53,564 nucleotides of DNA from Planctomycetota bacterium (GTDB lineage Bacteria > Planctomycetota > GCA-002687715 > DRQF01), in contig JALTLO010000105.1 in assembly GCA_027001995.1 (NCBI GenBank), forward strand, positions 1-53,564, written 5' to 3'. The notes beneath the pieces were generated by a model that saw nothing but the letters and a program-made list of their open reading frames with translations, ran no database searches and was not told the origin of the DNA. A program made the position numbers and the translations under genes. Every line of letters starts with the position of its first letter. Within the stretch, counting starts at the first letter, position 1. Positions 28,964 to 41,100 of this stretch are shown one piece after another.

Positions 28964-31726
28964 ATGAATCATGGTTCCCGAGAGACAAATACGGCCAGTA
29001 TGAAAACCGAGGCGATTCAGCGGGCATCCTGGTGGCGGGGGATCTCCAGGACTGGCGACTACACGGACGCTTCTTCCAAGACCGTTGGTCGTAAGCTCAT
29101 CACCCTCTATATTCAAGCTTCTGGCGTGGCAATCTTGATCACCATGCTTTTGGCTTTCTTTGGGCTCAGGTTTACGGGGAAACAATGGCAGCTCATGCTC
29201 ATAGGCGTTGCCATAGGGGTGCCAGCCTATCTGGTACCCGATATTATCGTTCTGCGTCGCCAGTTTCGCCCGGTCAAGACGGCTCTCGACGCTTTGGACG
29301 CCCAAGGGGGGATTGTAGAAGACAAAGACATGGACTTGGTGACGGCGGGATTGGTTCGGGCTCTCAATTTGCCCTATCTGTTCTTCTTACGTATTAACTT
29401 TCTTCATGGTCCCTTGGCGACAGTCTTGGTGGTCGTCGTTTTGGCGATTGCCAACCGTTTTTTCGATGCGAAGTTCGAAACTTGGCAATTCCTTCTCTTG
29501 GCTTTTTCCATTCTTTTCTTTGCTTCACCGGCCCACGCTATTTACGAGTATTTTGCTCTTTCTCGCCTGATGATTCCTGTGACCGAACGGTTGTGGATGA
29601 CTCAATCGACCTTGGATGCCAAGTGGCGCAAGAAAATCAAGTCGATCAGAATCAAGAGTAAGCTCTTCTACTTGTCTATTTTTATGACAGCGATTCCTAT
29701 CGCATTCTTGGCTTGGTCGACGGTTTATCGCGCTGATCTACTGCTCCAAGAAAATGGTGTCGATATCAGCTTTAGAGACTTCAAGTGGATTATCGGTTGG
29801 GCATCGAGCTTGGTCGTGGTGAGCATTACTTTGGTTCTCGTGATTGGCTATCAGTTGGCTCAAGACGTGACCTACGGTGCTAAGAATCTGAGCGAAGCGA
29901 TGAAACTGGCACGTCAAGGACAGCTCGACATTGAGCTCAGAGTAGCAGGAACCGATGAGTACGCTGATCTCTATCGTGGATTCAATCACATGACCTCAGA
30001 GATTCGGGATGATCTGCGAATCCACGCGATTACTCATGAGCTCGCTGGCGTCATTGACTTAGACATGCTCATCGCAAAGACGATGAATGCAGCAAGCGAA
30101 CTCCTCGATGCCGAACGCAGCACCTTGTTCCTCTATGACGAAGACAGCAATGAGTTATGGTCTCGCTTTGCTGAAGGTATGGAAACGAAGGAAATTCGGT
30201 TCCCGGCCGACGTCGGAATTGCCGGTGCCGTTCTGACCAGCGGCGTCGTCGAAAACATCGCCGACCCATACGCGGATCCTCGTTTCAATCAGGCGATCGA
30301 CAAACAAACGGGTTTTCGCACTCGGAATATCCTTTGCGTCCCTATTGTACATCGTCGCGGCACTCGCATCGGAGTGGCGCAGATCCTCAACAAGCGAGGT
30401 GGGGCATTCGGTGCCACCGACGAAGCTCGTCTCCAGACTTTCGCTGCGCAGATCTCTGCTTCTTTAGAGAATGCCCGTCTCTTTCAGGGCGTTCTGGAGA
30501 TGAAAAATTATAACGATAGCATTCTTCGAAGTACCAGCGATGGCATCATGACCATCGATGGTTCGGGGAGAATCGTTACCATCAATGCGGCAACGAGCCG
30601 AATCCTAGGGGTCTCTGAACGGGATGTAATCGGCAAACAGATGGAAGGCATTTTTGGACGAAACAACGCCTGGGTGTTGGAGAGCGTCGAACGTGTTGTT
30701 GCATCGGGTGACGCCGACTTGATCATGGATGAGGACTTTGTATTCCAGGATGGTTCGGCTTCAGTCAACCTTCGGACCACGGAGTTGGTCGACGGAGAAG
30801 ACAAGTCTTTGGGCTTCCTCTTGGCGTTCGAAGACATGACGGGCGAAAAGAAACTGAAGACCACCATGTCTCGTTACATGAGCAAAGAGGTGGCGGATCA
30901 GCTCTTGGAGTCTGGTGCCGAGGCATTGACGGGACGAAGCCAGAGGGTAACAGTCCTCTTTTCTGATATTCGTGGGTTCACATCGCTCTCAGAAGAGTTG
31001 GGGGCTCGAGAAACGGTCGCCATGCTCAATGAGTACTTTGAGATCATGGTCGACATTGTGCATCAACGAGGAGGCATCCTCGACAAGTTTATCGGTGATG
31101 CCATTATGGCCCTGTTTGGTGCTCCATTCGAGAACGATGGAGACGCTGACAACGGCCTCAATACGGCGAATGAGATGATGCGTCAGCTCCGTGAACTCAA
31201 CCGAATGCGTGAAGCCAGAGGGGCCAATCCGATTTACATTGGGGTAGGGCTTTGCACCGGTGAAGTGGTTGCTGGAAACATCGGCTCTCCCAAACGTCTG
31301 GACTATACCGCAGTTGGCGATCATGTGAATATCGCCGCTCGACTGGAAGGGGCAACGAAACTCTATGGCGCGGGAATCCTTCTGAGTGAGTTTACAGTTA
31401 GAGAATTGAAAGATGACCATCTGATTCGTGAGATTGACGTCATCCGCGTGAAGGGCAAGAACCGACCAGTGCGGGTTTATGAAGCCATGGGGCATTTGGC
31501 GACGGAAGAGGGCCCAGGGCTTTGCACGTTCTTAGAGCGCTATTCTGAAGCCTTAACCGCTGCCAAGGCCCGACAATGGGCCGAAGCCATAAGGCTTTTC
31601 CAAGAGACTTTAGTGCTTCGTCCAGGAGACGTGGCATCGAAACTCCACCTCGATCGCTGTTTTGCCTACTTGGAGAATCCCCCTGCCGAGGATTGGGATG
31701 GCGTCTGGGTCATGGAGTCAAAGTAA
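28964..31726 (+). CDS. Membrane class III adenylate/guanylate cyclase (TM-HAMP-GAF-PAS-cyclase-TPR-like tail)
   Basis: VTVLFSDIRGFT, DKFIGDAIMALFGAP, YTAVGDHVNIAARLE; GAF DPRFNQAIDKQTGFRTRNILCVP; K/D residues suggest ATP specificity. Start may be ATG 29000. Confidence 0.93.
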   Translation: MNHGSRETNTASMKTEAIQRASWWRGISRTGDYTDASSKTVGRKLITLYIQASGVAILITMLLAFFGLRFTGKQWQLMLIGVAIGVPAYLVPDIIVLRRQFRPVKTALDALDAQGGIVEDKDMDLVTAGLVRALNLPYLFFLRINFLHGPLATVLVVVVLAIANRFFDAKFETWQFLLLAFSILFFASPAHAIYEYFALSRLMIPVTERLWMTQSTLDAKWRKKIKSIRIKSKLFYLSIFMTAIPIAFLAWSTVYRADLLLQENGVDISFRDFKWIIGWASSLVVVSITLVLVIGYQLAQDVTYGAKNLSEAMKLARQGQLDIELRVAGTDEYADLYRGFNHMTSEIRDDLRIHAITHELAGVIDLDMLIAKTMNAASELLDAERSTLFLYDEDSNELWSRFAEGMETKEIRFPADVGIAGAVLTSGVVENIADPYADPRFNQAIDKQTGFRTRNILCVPIVHRRGTRIGVAQILNKRGGAFGATDEARLQTFAAQISASLENARLFQGVLEMKNYNDSILRSTSDGIMTIDGSGRIVTINAATSRILGVSERDVIGKQMEGIFGRNNAWVLESVERVVASGDADLIMDEDFVFQDGSASVNLRTTELVDGEDKSLGFLLAFEDMTGEKKLKTTMSRYMSKEVADQLLESGAEALTGRSQRVTVLFSDIRGFTSLSEELGARETVAMLNEYFEIMVDIVHQRGGILDKFIGDAIMALFGAPFENDGDADNGLNTANEMMRQLRELNRMREARGANPIYIGVGLCTGEVVAGNIGSPKRLDYTAVGDHVNIAARLEGATKLYGAGILLSEFTVRELKDDHLIREIDVIRVKGKNRPVRVYEAMGHLATEEGPGLCTFLERYSEALTAAKARQWAEAIRLFQETLVLRPGDVASKLHLDRCFAYLENPPAEDWDGVWVMESK

Positions 31727-31734
31727 AAAGCGAG

Positions 31735-31764
31735 ACAGGACAGCCCAAAAGCTGTCCTGTTTCT
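31735..31764. terminator. Hairpin terminator between convergent genes
   Basis: ACAGGACAGC-CCAAAA-GCTGTCCTGT then TTCT. Confidence 0.75.
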
Positions 31765-31793
31765 TGCGCTCTCTAGAAAACGAAATTCAGATT

Positions 31794-33368
31794 TTAGTGG
31801 GACTCACATCCGCAACTTGAAAGAGGCCTTGTGGATCGGCTGGGGGCAACCAAGCTGTCCATGTCTTCGGTGAATACGCTGTCAAAAAGGATAGATGTAT
31901 TGTCTGGGTCCATCTCCCGGACCAACTTTCGCAGTCGTTTCGCTTCTTCATCGTCCCCTTGAATACGGCGAATTCTTGCCAAGCGCACATACCCTTCCGA
32001 GTTGAATGGGTCAATCTTGATGGCTTTTTCGACGAGAGCGAGGGCCTCATCAGTTTCCCCTTTATTCAGGAGCATGGACGCATACTGCAAGTAGACACCT
32101 GGGTTCGTCGAGCCTTTCTCAATAGCCAATTTGTAGAAGCGTTTAGCGCGAATGGGGCGATCATTGTTGAGAGCAGCTCGGGCCGCCTTTTCATATCCAC
32201 GGTGGGACGTGAGTTTCATTTCCTGTTGGATGTAAGCGTGCCATTCTTTTTCGAGCTTATCTAAGTTCTTGATGCGCATTTTCTTCTTGAAGGCCTCCAA
32301 GAAGTTGTCGCCGGTCACGGTCTTGCGACCGCCTTCGGTGGTTCTCTTGACGTCTGTGTCGCGGGCCAAGCCCAAGAAGAATTTCTTAAATTTCTTAGCG
32401 TACTTGGGAGTCTCCATCATGAAGTGGACAAAAGTCCAACCCCAGGTGTAGTCCTTGTAGTTGAGCTTGTTCCTCAGGTAGTCTTCTAACTTGGCGAATT
32501 CGCCACTGTCAATGTCGGTCATGACTTCGGTCAATCGCCCTTCGAGGATACCACCAATTTTCATCTTCTTTTTCTTCGGATCCCATTTGCTGGCGCCGTA
32601 ATACTCAGCCATGGCTTCATTGATGTTGTGGGGGTAGTGAAAATCAAGATCGATGAGATGGGTCAAGTAATGGTTCGCTTCATGAAACATCACTTCGATG
32701 GTGTACTCCGGGTCAAGGCGATTGTAGTAGAAGTTGAGCTCACGAGGTTCGACGAAACGATAGTAACCTTGGACGCCACCTCCCAAGCCACCCACTTGCG
32801 CGAAGGTCTTGTGGTCATGATAGAAGCAAACCTTCAGGGCACCGGCTTTTCGAGGCTTGCTGATCTTCCAGTCCTTCATGAACACCTTGTAATAGGTATT
32901 CATGAGAGTGTTGAGGTTCTTGAAAAGATCAGGGTCAAGGGTGTACTCGAAATCGAATTGCTTGCTCTTGGTCTTGTAGCGATTACGCCATTCGCTGTGA
33001 CCTTTGATCTCGGCGTATTTTGCTTCTCGGGCTAAGCGCTTCTTCTTGATGAGGCTATCCCGCTTCTTAGCTGTCATCCATTTGCCTGCGTAGGGAACGA
33101 GGCCTTTGGCCACTTTCGCTTTTTCTTTTTCGTTCCGCGGAACAAAACCGTTTTCTCCCTCAATGAAACATTCTTTGACCATCTTTGCTGGAACGAAGAT
33201 CTCGCCATTCTTGTAGACGATCTTGTAGCCGTCCTTCGTTTCTTTGATCTTAACTCCGTCTACGAAACGACCGTCTTTCAAGATCATGCTGTCTTGAGCC
33301 CAGCTGAGCATCGGGCTCAGAAAAATGGACAAGAGGAAAAACATGAAGAGAACCTTTGATTGACTCAT
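31794..33368 (-). CDS. Secreted DUF1570-like putative zinc metallopeptidase with C-terminal TPRs
   Basis: Signal peptide, GGYY-like QGYY, HEANH (HExxH), NEAMAEYY third ligand, YTWGWTFVHFM, TPRs; ATGA overlap with the upstream gene sets the start. Confidence 0.75.
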   Translation of the reverse strand: MSQSKVLFMFFLLSIFLSPMLSWAQDSMILKDGRFVDGVKIKETKDGYKIVYKNGEIFVPAKMVKECFIEGENGFVPRNEKEKAKVAKGLVPYAGKWMTAKKRDSLIKKKRLAREAKYAEIKGHSEWRNRYKTKSKQFDFEYTLDPDLFKNLNTLMNTYYKVFMKDWKISKPRKAGALKVCFYHDHKTFAQVGGLGGGVQGYYRFVEPRELNFYYNRLDPEYTIEVMFHEANHYLTHLIDLDFHYPHNINEAMAEYYGASKWDPKKKKMKIGGILEGRLTEVMTDIDSGEFAKLEDYLRNKLNYKDYTWGWTFVHFMMETPKYAKKFKKFFLGLARDTDVKRTTEGGRKTVTGDNFLEAFKKKMRIKNLDKLEKEWHAYIQQEMKLTSHRGYEKAARAALNNDRPIRAKRFYKLAIEKGSTNPGVYLQYASMLLNKGETDEALALVEKAIKIDPFNSEGYVRLARIRRIQGDDEEAKRLRKLVREMDPDNTSILFDSVFTEDMDSLVAPSRSTRPLSSCGCESH

Positions 33369-34960
33369 CCAGAAAACCCTTTGTATGATGCTTCGAATTT
33401 CTTCCACTGTGAATCGCTCCAGGAACCGAAGGCGCGCTCAAAGATGTTGGCGAGACGATCGTCTTTCTTGCTGCTTCGAGCTTTGAAACGAGCATCTTCC
33501 GCGGCTTCTGCTTCCTCGTCGCTCATTTCCTTCTTCTTCTCTTTGGCTTCTGCCTTGCGTTGCGCTTCTTCTCTTGCTTCTTCTTCGGCGCCGATCTCCA
33601 TCACGGCTTTCATGTAGTTGGGGATAAAGCCGCTCACATGGCGCTTCGGTCCTTTGAGCAGGAAGCGGACGAAGGCCCCAGCTTGAGAACCAGCGTGGTC
33701 GATTTTGTAGAATTCATCGCGGGAAGCGGAAATGATCTTGCGGGGATTTGCCAACTTGTTGTCACGAGCAAGCTCCCGCATATTGGTCTTCTCCCAGATG
33801 CTTGGTTTCAGGCGCAGGGAGCTGCCTTTTAAATCGGCGGAACCCAGAACTTCCAGAAGACCGGTTTCTAACCAACCGGGTATGCTCCAAGCGTAATTTC
33901 TGTCTTTATCGGCGAACCATTTTCGGACCACCGCTCGGTTGATGAAACCCGACCCGAAGCCGCCCATTCCCACTTCTTTGTAGGTGACGATTTCGATGTC
34001 CGATGCAAAGCCGGTGGTGTCGGTGAATGCCCTTGCTTCTGCCGAGTCCTTACAGATTCGGATGATGGTTCGCCCCGGTGATCCCTTCTTGAGGAACTTG
34101 AAGTTCTTGTCCATCCATTTTCGGACAGCCTCACACTGGGCGAGAATCCCTTTGGTGTACTTCTTATCCACATGAGTGAAGGCGACAAAGTTCTTCGATT
34201 TCTGAATGCGCCAGCCTTTAGTCAGGGCAGCAGAAGCGCGGCGAACTTGGCGGTCGAACTTCTCGGCCCGCTTCTTTTTGAGTTGAGCGGGTGTCTCTTT
34301 CTTCTTTTTGTCATTGATGTCGAACTCAACGCCGTCGTCGCCACTACTTCTTCCTTCAAGGATGGAGCCTTTTCTTTGGATGAACTTGAAGGTCTTGAGA
34401 CTCTTGACGAATAGGGGCTCTAACTTCTTGAGGTGATCATCCAAGCCTTCAAAGTACACGGCCCACTTGGCATCTCGTCCTTCGAAGATCCAGGCGATCC
34501 CGGTTCGCTTGGAAGTGAGCTTTTCGAATTTCCACTTTTCGCAAATAACCTTGATGCCATTCACTTTGCGTTCGCTTCGATCGCTCAGGAAGTTTCCTCC
34601 CCTGGCATTGGCGGCCATGTATTCGCCAAAATTGCGGTAGGGGTTCTTGACCCGAAAAATGATGGTTGAACCCTTCTTGGTTACTTTTGCCCCTCTTTCT
34701 TTGGTGATGGCATCGGGGAACAATATGACCTTCATGTCTGGGCGATGGGTATAACCTTCTTTCTTGTCCCGATAGTCCTTGTCGGAGAGGTATTTGGCAA
34801 TCACCCACTTCTCGCTGCTGGCTATGGGAATTGATGTCCAATTCGATGGTGCCTTGATCTGAAAGCCGTATTTTTCGCTGCGGTGCAGGTTGCCTTGAGC
34901 GCAGGCTGCACATGCTATGACGGCATAGATAGCAAGGGCACTGAGTGTTCGGTGGATCAT
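33365..34960 (-). CDS. Secreted hypothetical protein; PsbP-like N-domain plus degenerate DUF1570-like domain
   Basis: Signal peptide, YGFQIKAPSNW, SKNFVAFTH, PGWLETGLLE, AGAFVRFLL; no HExxH. Confidence 0.65.
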   Translation of the reverse strand: MIHRTLSALAIYAVIACAACAQGNLHRSEKYGFQIKAPSNWTSIPIASSEKWVIAKYLSDKDYRDKKEGYTHRPDMKVILFPDAITKERGAKVTKKGSTIIFRVKNPYRNFGEYMAANARGGNFLSDRSERKVNGIKVICEKWKFEKLTSKRTGIAWIFEGRDAKWAVYFEGLDDHLKKLEPLFVKSLKTFKFIQRKGSILEGRSSGDDGVEFDINDKKKKETPAQLKKKRAEKFDRQVRRASAALTKGWRIQKSKNFVAFTHVDKKYTKGILAQCEAVRKWMDKNFKFLKKGSPGRTIIRICKDSAEARAFTDTTGFASDIEIVTYKEVGMGGFGSGFINRAVVRKWFADKDRNYAWSIPGWLETGLLEVLGSADLKGSSLRLKPSIWEKTNMRELARDNKLANPRKIISASRDEFYKIDHAGSQAGAFVRFLLKGPKRHVSGFIPNYMKAVMEIGAEEEAREEAQRKAEAKEKKKEMSDEEAEAAEDARFKARSSKKDDRLANIFERAFGSWSDSQWKKFEASYKGFSG

Positions 34961-35175
34961 TTGACTCTCCTTGGGTCTGCTTTTCCAGTGACTGAATAAA
35001 ATTTGGTTGAGAACGCCATGAGAAAAGCTCCTCCTTTTTAGGCCGGGGCAGATCTGCTGTCAACGACTTTATCTGCATAGTTGGCAACCATTCGTCCCAT
35101 CTTTCTCAATCAATTCGCCTCCATGTCAGGATATTTTGCCGCGATTCGCTTCTTCAGTGTGGGGGATTGTTGTGG

Positions 35176-38100
35176 CTACTGCGTTGGGGCGTTGACCTCC
35201 CGAATCATAGCACCATGGTTGTCGCTGAGGATCAATACGGAGAAACGTTTGAGCCCATGACCGTTCGGCCCAGAAAGGGAGGCATAGTCAAACCGTCCTC
35301 GAAGGTCCGTGTAGCCATCTTTATGGAAGCGCACCTGACCTGAGCTGTCCTTGGCGAATACTTTGACATAGACTCGGCTGAGGGGTCTTCCTGGCTTGTT
35401 GTCTCGTACTTGAAGTCGTCCCCAGCGTTCGTTCATTTCTACTGCAAGAGAGTTTGAGAAGCATGTTTGGCGTTTGACCAATCCAGCCCCGCGCACTTCG
35501 ATCATGAGGTTGGCATTGTGATATTTTTTTGGCAAGGGTTGGGACGTGGAATTCACTCCTTTCTCTAAGTGAATGACTTGTTTCATATTGGGCCGTACAA
35601 AGGCAAATGAACCCGACTCATTGCGTACGAAAGGATTGACGGAGAAGAGGAACTCGATATCCATTTCGTAGTAGGAGATTTGGCACTCTGCCATGTTTGT
35701 ATGGCGGATGGTCAAGTTCTGGCCTTCGATCGTGAGGTCCAAAGTTGGACTTTGATCAACAGGGGTGGCCGTTTCAGATTGAGCGTTTCGATTTGCCAAT
35801 GCTCGGTCTGGGTTGTTGATTTCCTCCAATTGATGGGCAAGATCTTCGAATTTCTTTCGCCATCGGGGAATGGGATGGTTCAAGTGGCGAGCGGCGATTT
35901 TCGCCGCGATTTCGGTTCCAGGAGTATAGAGGTCAAGATAGGCCCGCAGGTAGTCGTATTGGATTTGGGCATGGATGTTTCTTGGGTCGACTTTCGCTGC
36001 TGCTTGGAGTGCCTCTTCGATGCGGTCTTGGAGAAGAAGGTAGTAGGTGACTTCCAACCAGTTGTCGTCTGTTAACTTGGGCTGGAATGCCAAGGTCTTC
36101 GTGAACGATGCGAATTGGTTGGCTAGGGCCTTGTTCTGGATACGTCTCGTTTTGCCGAAGCGATGGCTTCTACCATTGACAAGAGGCGCAAATTCTAAGT
36201 GCTGATAGAGTTTCATTTCTGTGGGGTCGCATGAAAGCAGAGGAGAGTGCAGATAGCTCCCACAATTAGATTTGAAAGACTCTTGGTGGCTCAAATACTC
36301 CCGAGTCGCCAGCTCGTCTTGATGCAAGATGCCATAAGACCAGAGGGTCGAGTTGAAGACAAATCGGCTGCGCAGGTAAGAAATGAGGGTCGACCAGAAG
36401 GTCCGATCACGCAGGCGCCAGGCAATCTTGAGGAGATCTGTTTTCTGCACGTTTCCTTCCTTGAGGAAACGCAATACATCCTCAGTTGTTCCATTTTGGG
36501 AAACGTAATCCCAGGATGTTTTGTCGGACACGCTGAGCGTTGAGACGACTTTGAGTGTCTTGGCCGACTCAGAGGTGATCAGTTTGTTGCCAGAGGCCAC
36601 TTGAACAGGATATAGCGAGAACGTGCCAACTTGCGGGAAGTAGAAGTAGTAAGTGAAAGTCCGCGTGCGGTAGCCATCGAGAAAGAACTCTTCACCGGTG
36701 GTCACGAGGGTGTTCTTAAGGGGGATGGACCCAGACGGAATCTGGACTAAGACAGACAGTTTCTGTCGTACTTGAGTTGGATTGGAGATGACAAGGCGGC
36801 AGCCGTATGCTTCACCAGGGAGGAACTCGCCGGTGATGGCCTTTTGCCGCGTTTGCCCATCGACCTCCATGGTTGGGTCGCTGACCTTGAAGAAGGATTG
36901 GTTGGCCAAGATAGGTTCATGGCCCAAAGAAGGTTCCAAATCATCGATCTCTCTCTTGACCAGGATCAAGGGCGCTTCAGCCCTCATCTGGGCCTCTGCT
37001 GGGGTCTGAACGACTTTATGTTTGCTGGGGACAAATGGGAGGTCCAGGACGCTGAGAGCCAATATCATTTCTGCGACGCTATCCGTGGTTTCGAAGAAAT
37101 TGACCGAAACGAAGGGTTCGCTTGGGTCGTGGGCAGCAAAGTCGCTCCAGAATCGATTGATACCGATCATGTTTGCTGTGGTGTTGTGAATTGTTCGGTG
37201 CCAATAGTTGTGTTCGACATAGCGGCGCGTCGGTGAGACTTGTCGATAGAAGGCAGCTTTGTCGTGTCGAAGTTTTTGCGATTTCTTGAAGCGATACTGC
37301 TGTTTTCGCTCATCTCGAATCTTGTGATCGTCTAACATCACGTCTTCATCATTTTCTTCAGGCTCTTCGACTTCGGAGGAGAAGTCGAGAGTTTCTGCTT
37401 TGTTCTTCTTGGCGTCTCGACGCCTCGCTTTTCGAGACGGGGCCTTTGCTTCCCCTTCGAAGGCGAAGCCCACCTTAGGCAGTTCCTTAGCCAAGGAGTT
37501 GGTCTCCAAAAGGGCCGATTCAAATTGGGGGAATCTGCTCTCGTTTGGCCCATTTCGCGTGAGGAGGTCGCGGGCGTATCGAGAGGAGGCAGAGCTGCCT
37601 TCTTGGGTACGCTGCAACAACAGTATGCGCTCGAAGAAGTTGAGACGATCGAATTTGTCTGAGGAGAGATAAGGGATCATGTCACCTTTAAGGAGCCAGT
37701 CATCCATGAACGTCTTGACAGCCTTGTTGCTCAGGTACGGGCTGACGATCTCTTGAAAGAACTTCGGGTCTTTTCGCGACAAGAAGAAGTTGAGCTCATG
37801 GCAGGCGTGTTCAGAATAAAGTTTCTGCTTCTCAGTTTCCTTGAGGTCTGGCCAACCCGTCAAGAAAGCAAAGTTGCTGAGTTCTTGATTCCCGCTCAAT
37901 GACCGCATGGAATTGTAAATGTCTCCTATTGTCTGGAATTGTTGAACTCGGTTTTCGCTGGACTTCCTGATTCTGACGGTCTCACCTTTGTGAATAACGG
38001 CAATTGACTTTTGCAGTGCCACGTGTCTCTTCTTCTCGAAGGATTTCGCCAGTCGGTGGTCGAGGCGTGTTTGATCTTGAGTTTCGCGAATCACTTGGCG

Positions 38101-41100
38101 GTAGATGGTTTCACTGCCATGGGTGCCCAAGATGTGAATGATATGGCCGTCTCCCAGATCTTCGAGGTTGACCAAGACCTTTCCAGATGCATCAGGACGA
38201 AGATTGGTCGTGATCAAGGGGGGAGCAGGCATGAAACGGTAGTTGGGGAACAGACCTGGGTTGTTCTCATAGATCTCGATTCCGCCTGGCCTCCGTCTTC
38301 CACGACCTCTTCGGGCAGGCTTTCTGCCTCCATATTGACCACCGGAGCCACCTCCTAAACCGATGGAGTCGTTGGCACTGTCTATGGACCAAGGATTGAG
38401 CAGAAGTTCTGGGCGCTTCAACATGTTGCCAGGATATTTGGTGGCGAAGCGTCGGTCCAAGATATAGCGGTATTCATCTGAGATGGTGATTCCGCTGGAG
38501 TAGGAAGAAAGCATGCCTCCTATCATGTTCGATTTGAGGCCTTTTTCCTGAGGAATTCGCAGGCGATCAAATGGCTGATTCGAAGGTAAAAATCGCGTGG
38601 CAAAGACATGGACGCGGGCCTTGGTGCCCGCGTTACGACATTGGATCATGAGCTCGTCGCCGCTAATCTTGGCTTGGGAAACGTGGAATGGGGCTGGGGG
38701 AGTGAGGGCTAGTTCGCGGTTTTTTTGACGTGCCCAGCCGTCTCTCCTTGAGCCTCCGCTGATGGCGATGGTGATGGATTTCCATTCTTCTTTGAAGGTG
38801 AATCGGTAGTTTCCAGGGTCAAGGCCACGCAATTCAATGAAGCCATTCTGGAGGGCTATGTGTGAGAAGTAGTCTCGAACGTGGTTTCGGTCATTGAGCC
38901 GATAAAGGGCGAATGCGGACCGACTGGGTTCGATGTCGTGACCCAAGTAGGGCAAGCGAATGGTCTCGTTCTTAGTTCCGTGAATTCGTTGCCGAAGCTC
39001 TTGACCATGGCGTTGCAGTTGCCAGGTGTTGCCAGCGGTCGTGATGGCATCGGTTTTTACTCGGTAGATTCCTTTCAATGGCCCCAAAAAGACAATGCCA
39101 TGGGCATCGGTTTTGAGGCGCGTTTCATAGGGGGAGCTGAAGTGTCTGTGGCTAAATTGGAGATCCATGACATAGTCAGGGATGGCTTCGCCGTTTTTTC
39201 CCAGTACATGAATCTCGTAGCCATTTTTTGTTCTGGTGAGCAGAGGGCTGGCGGTTTTGGTGGTTGGGTCTAAAAGGTTGGCTCTGAATTCTGATCTGTT
39301 TCCGGCCACGACTACTTTCTTGCCCTGGGAGATATTCTGAATTTTCCCACTCAGTTGGACGGTCAAACGGGTGAGCTTGTGGGGTACGGTAATCGTGTGG
39401 GCGTATTCTTGGTTGTCCTTAAGGGCCAAGTCGCGGATTTCTAAGGTTGATTCGACGCCCAGGTGGTTGGTCGATGTGATGGTCAAGGTCGTTTCTTCTA
39501 GAAGATCGATACTGGCCCTATTCCCATTGATCATCAGATTCGGGCGGATAAGTATTCGGGCGTGAGAGCCGCCAATGAGAGATTCTTGAGCGAGAAAGGC
39601 GGGAGCTGCGAGGGTGTATTGCTCTTTTTGGTGATAGAAGCGCGATAAGGAAGCCCGGTTGCCAGACAAGAGAACGAAGGGCTTCATTCTTGGTCGGGTG
39701 GAGAATGGCAAGAGGATCTCTCCGTCTTCGTCGGCTTTGAACTTTTTTTGGCCGAATAGGATGGAGGCTTCTTTTAGCCATTGTCCTTTGTCGTCGATGA
39801 CGTGAAATACTTGACCGGCGGAACTTGTGCGCTCTCGATAAGTCAAACGACCTTTAGCGATAATGGCGCGGCTTGATAGTCCGTTGCCAATGAACTCGAT
39901 GACCCATACCCCTGGCTCAGACAGGGAAGGGAAATCGAAGGTGCGTCGAACCCGGCGCAAAGGAGATTCCTTGTATTGGAAGGAAAGCTCTTTCGTCGCC
40001 ACCAAGCCATCGATGGTGATGGAAGCATCCACTTCCTTGCCAACCTCAGCGTAGTAGTTGGCCGTGTTGATCTCATAGAGTTTTACCAAGAGTGTTTTGA
40101 CATTCTTGATGTCAACATCGAGAGAGACGGACTCCTCTGGGGCCCAATGATCTTTGTTGTGGGGCGCCAGTTTGACCTCGACGCGATTCTTCAGTTTCTC
40201 GTAGTAGGCTGGATCGTCCAGGAGCGAATACCAGCGTTCCATATCGCCAATGCCAGCCAGGATCTTTGTTTCGGCAAGAGTGCGATTGAGGAATCGCTTG
40301 TCCAAGTAGGGGGCGTAGGGGAGCGTAGAATCCTCGTTGACAAAGAAGTGTTCCAGATAACTGCGAATCAACTCCTTGTTGCCAGTAATGCGGGGGATTC
40401 CCATAAATCGGCCTGCTTGGATGTCCACCAAGCACGCGCTGTTGCCTTGCTTCCTCAAGTAGTCGTCATTGACATAGGAATCTTGAATGGGGAGTTTGAT
40501 GAAAGTTAAGAAACGGTCTTTGTTGAATTGTTGTTGCTTCTGATCGAGCAAAAGCTGTTGAAATAGAATCTGTGCTTTGAGGGAGTTTTGGCTTGGGCTG
40601 AGTCGGTTCGAGAAGTTTCTTAGGGCCTGCAAAAACTCTCTGCGAGCCTGCAAGTCTTGGTCGACATTCACGTCGCCCCTCGGTTTTAAGAGTTGGACAT
40701 AGTGAGCGACAAATTTCTTATCGTGAAGGAGTGCGGGGTACTCTTGCGAGCAGGCTTCCAACTGGGCGAGGGTCAGTGCTTTGTGAGCGCTCAGGGTGCC
40801 AAATTGATGGCCTGTCTTGAGTTTCATTTCGCGAATAACAAGATCTGTCAAATTGGGAACGTCGGGAATGGTCACACGCTTGAGGAAGCGAGCAAGAAGG
40901 CGATCATTTAGGCTAGCTCCTGTCAAACTTGCCACACCGGCAGGGGTGAAGCCCCTCAGGGTTTGCTGTGATGAATCGAAGGCTCTCTTGACCCATTGTT
41001 CGCGGGAGAACTCTATGGGATCAACACGGGACGGCAGCTTCATTTCTTTCGCACTGCGTTCGGGTTGATGACCAAAATGAAGTGATAGCCGGGATTGAAG

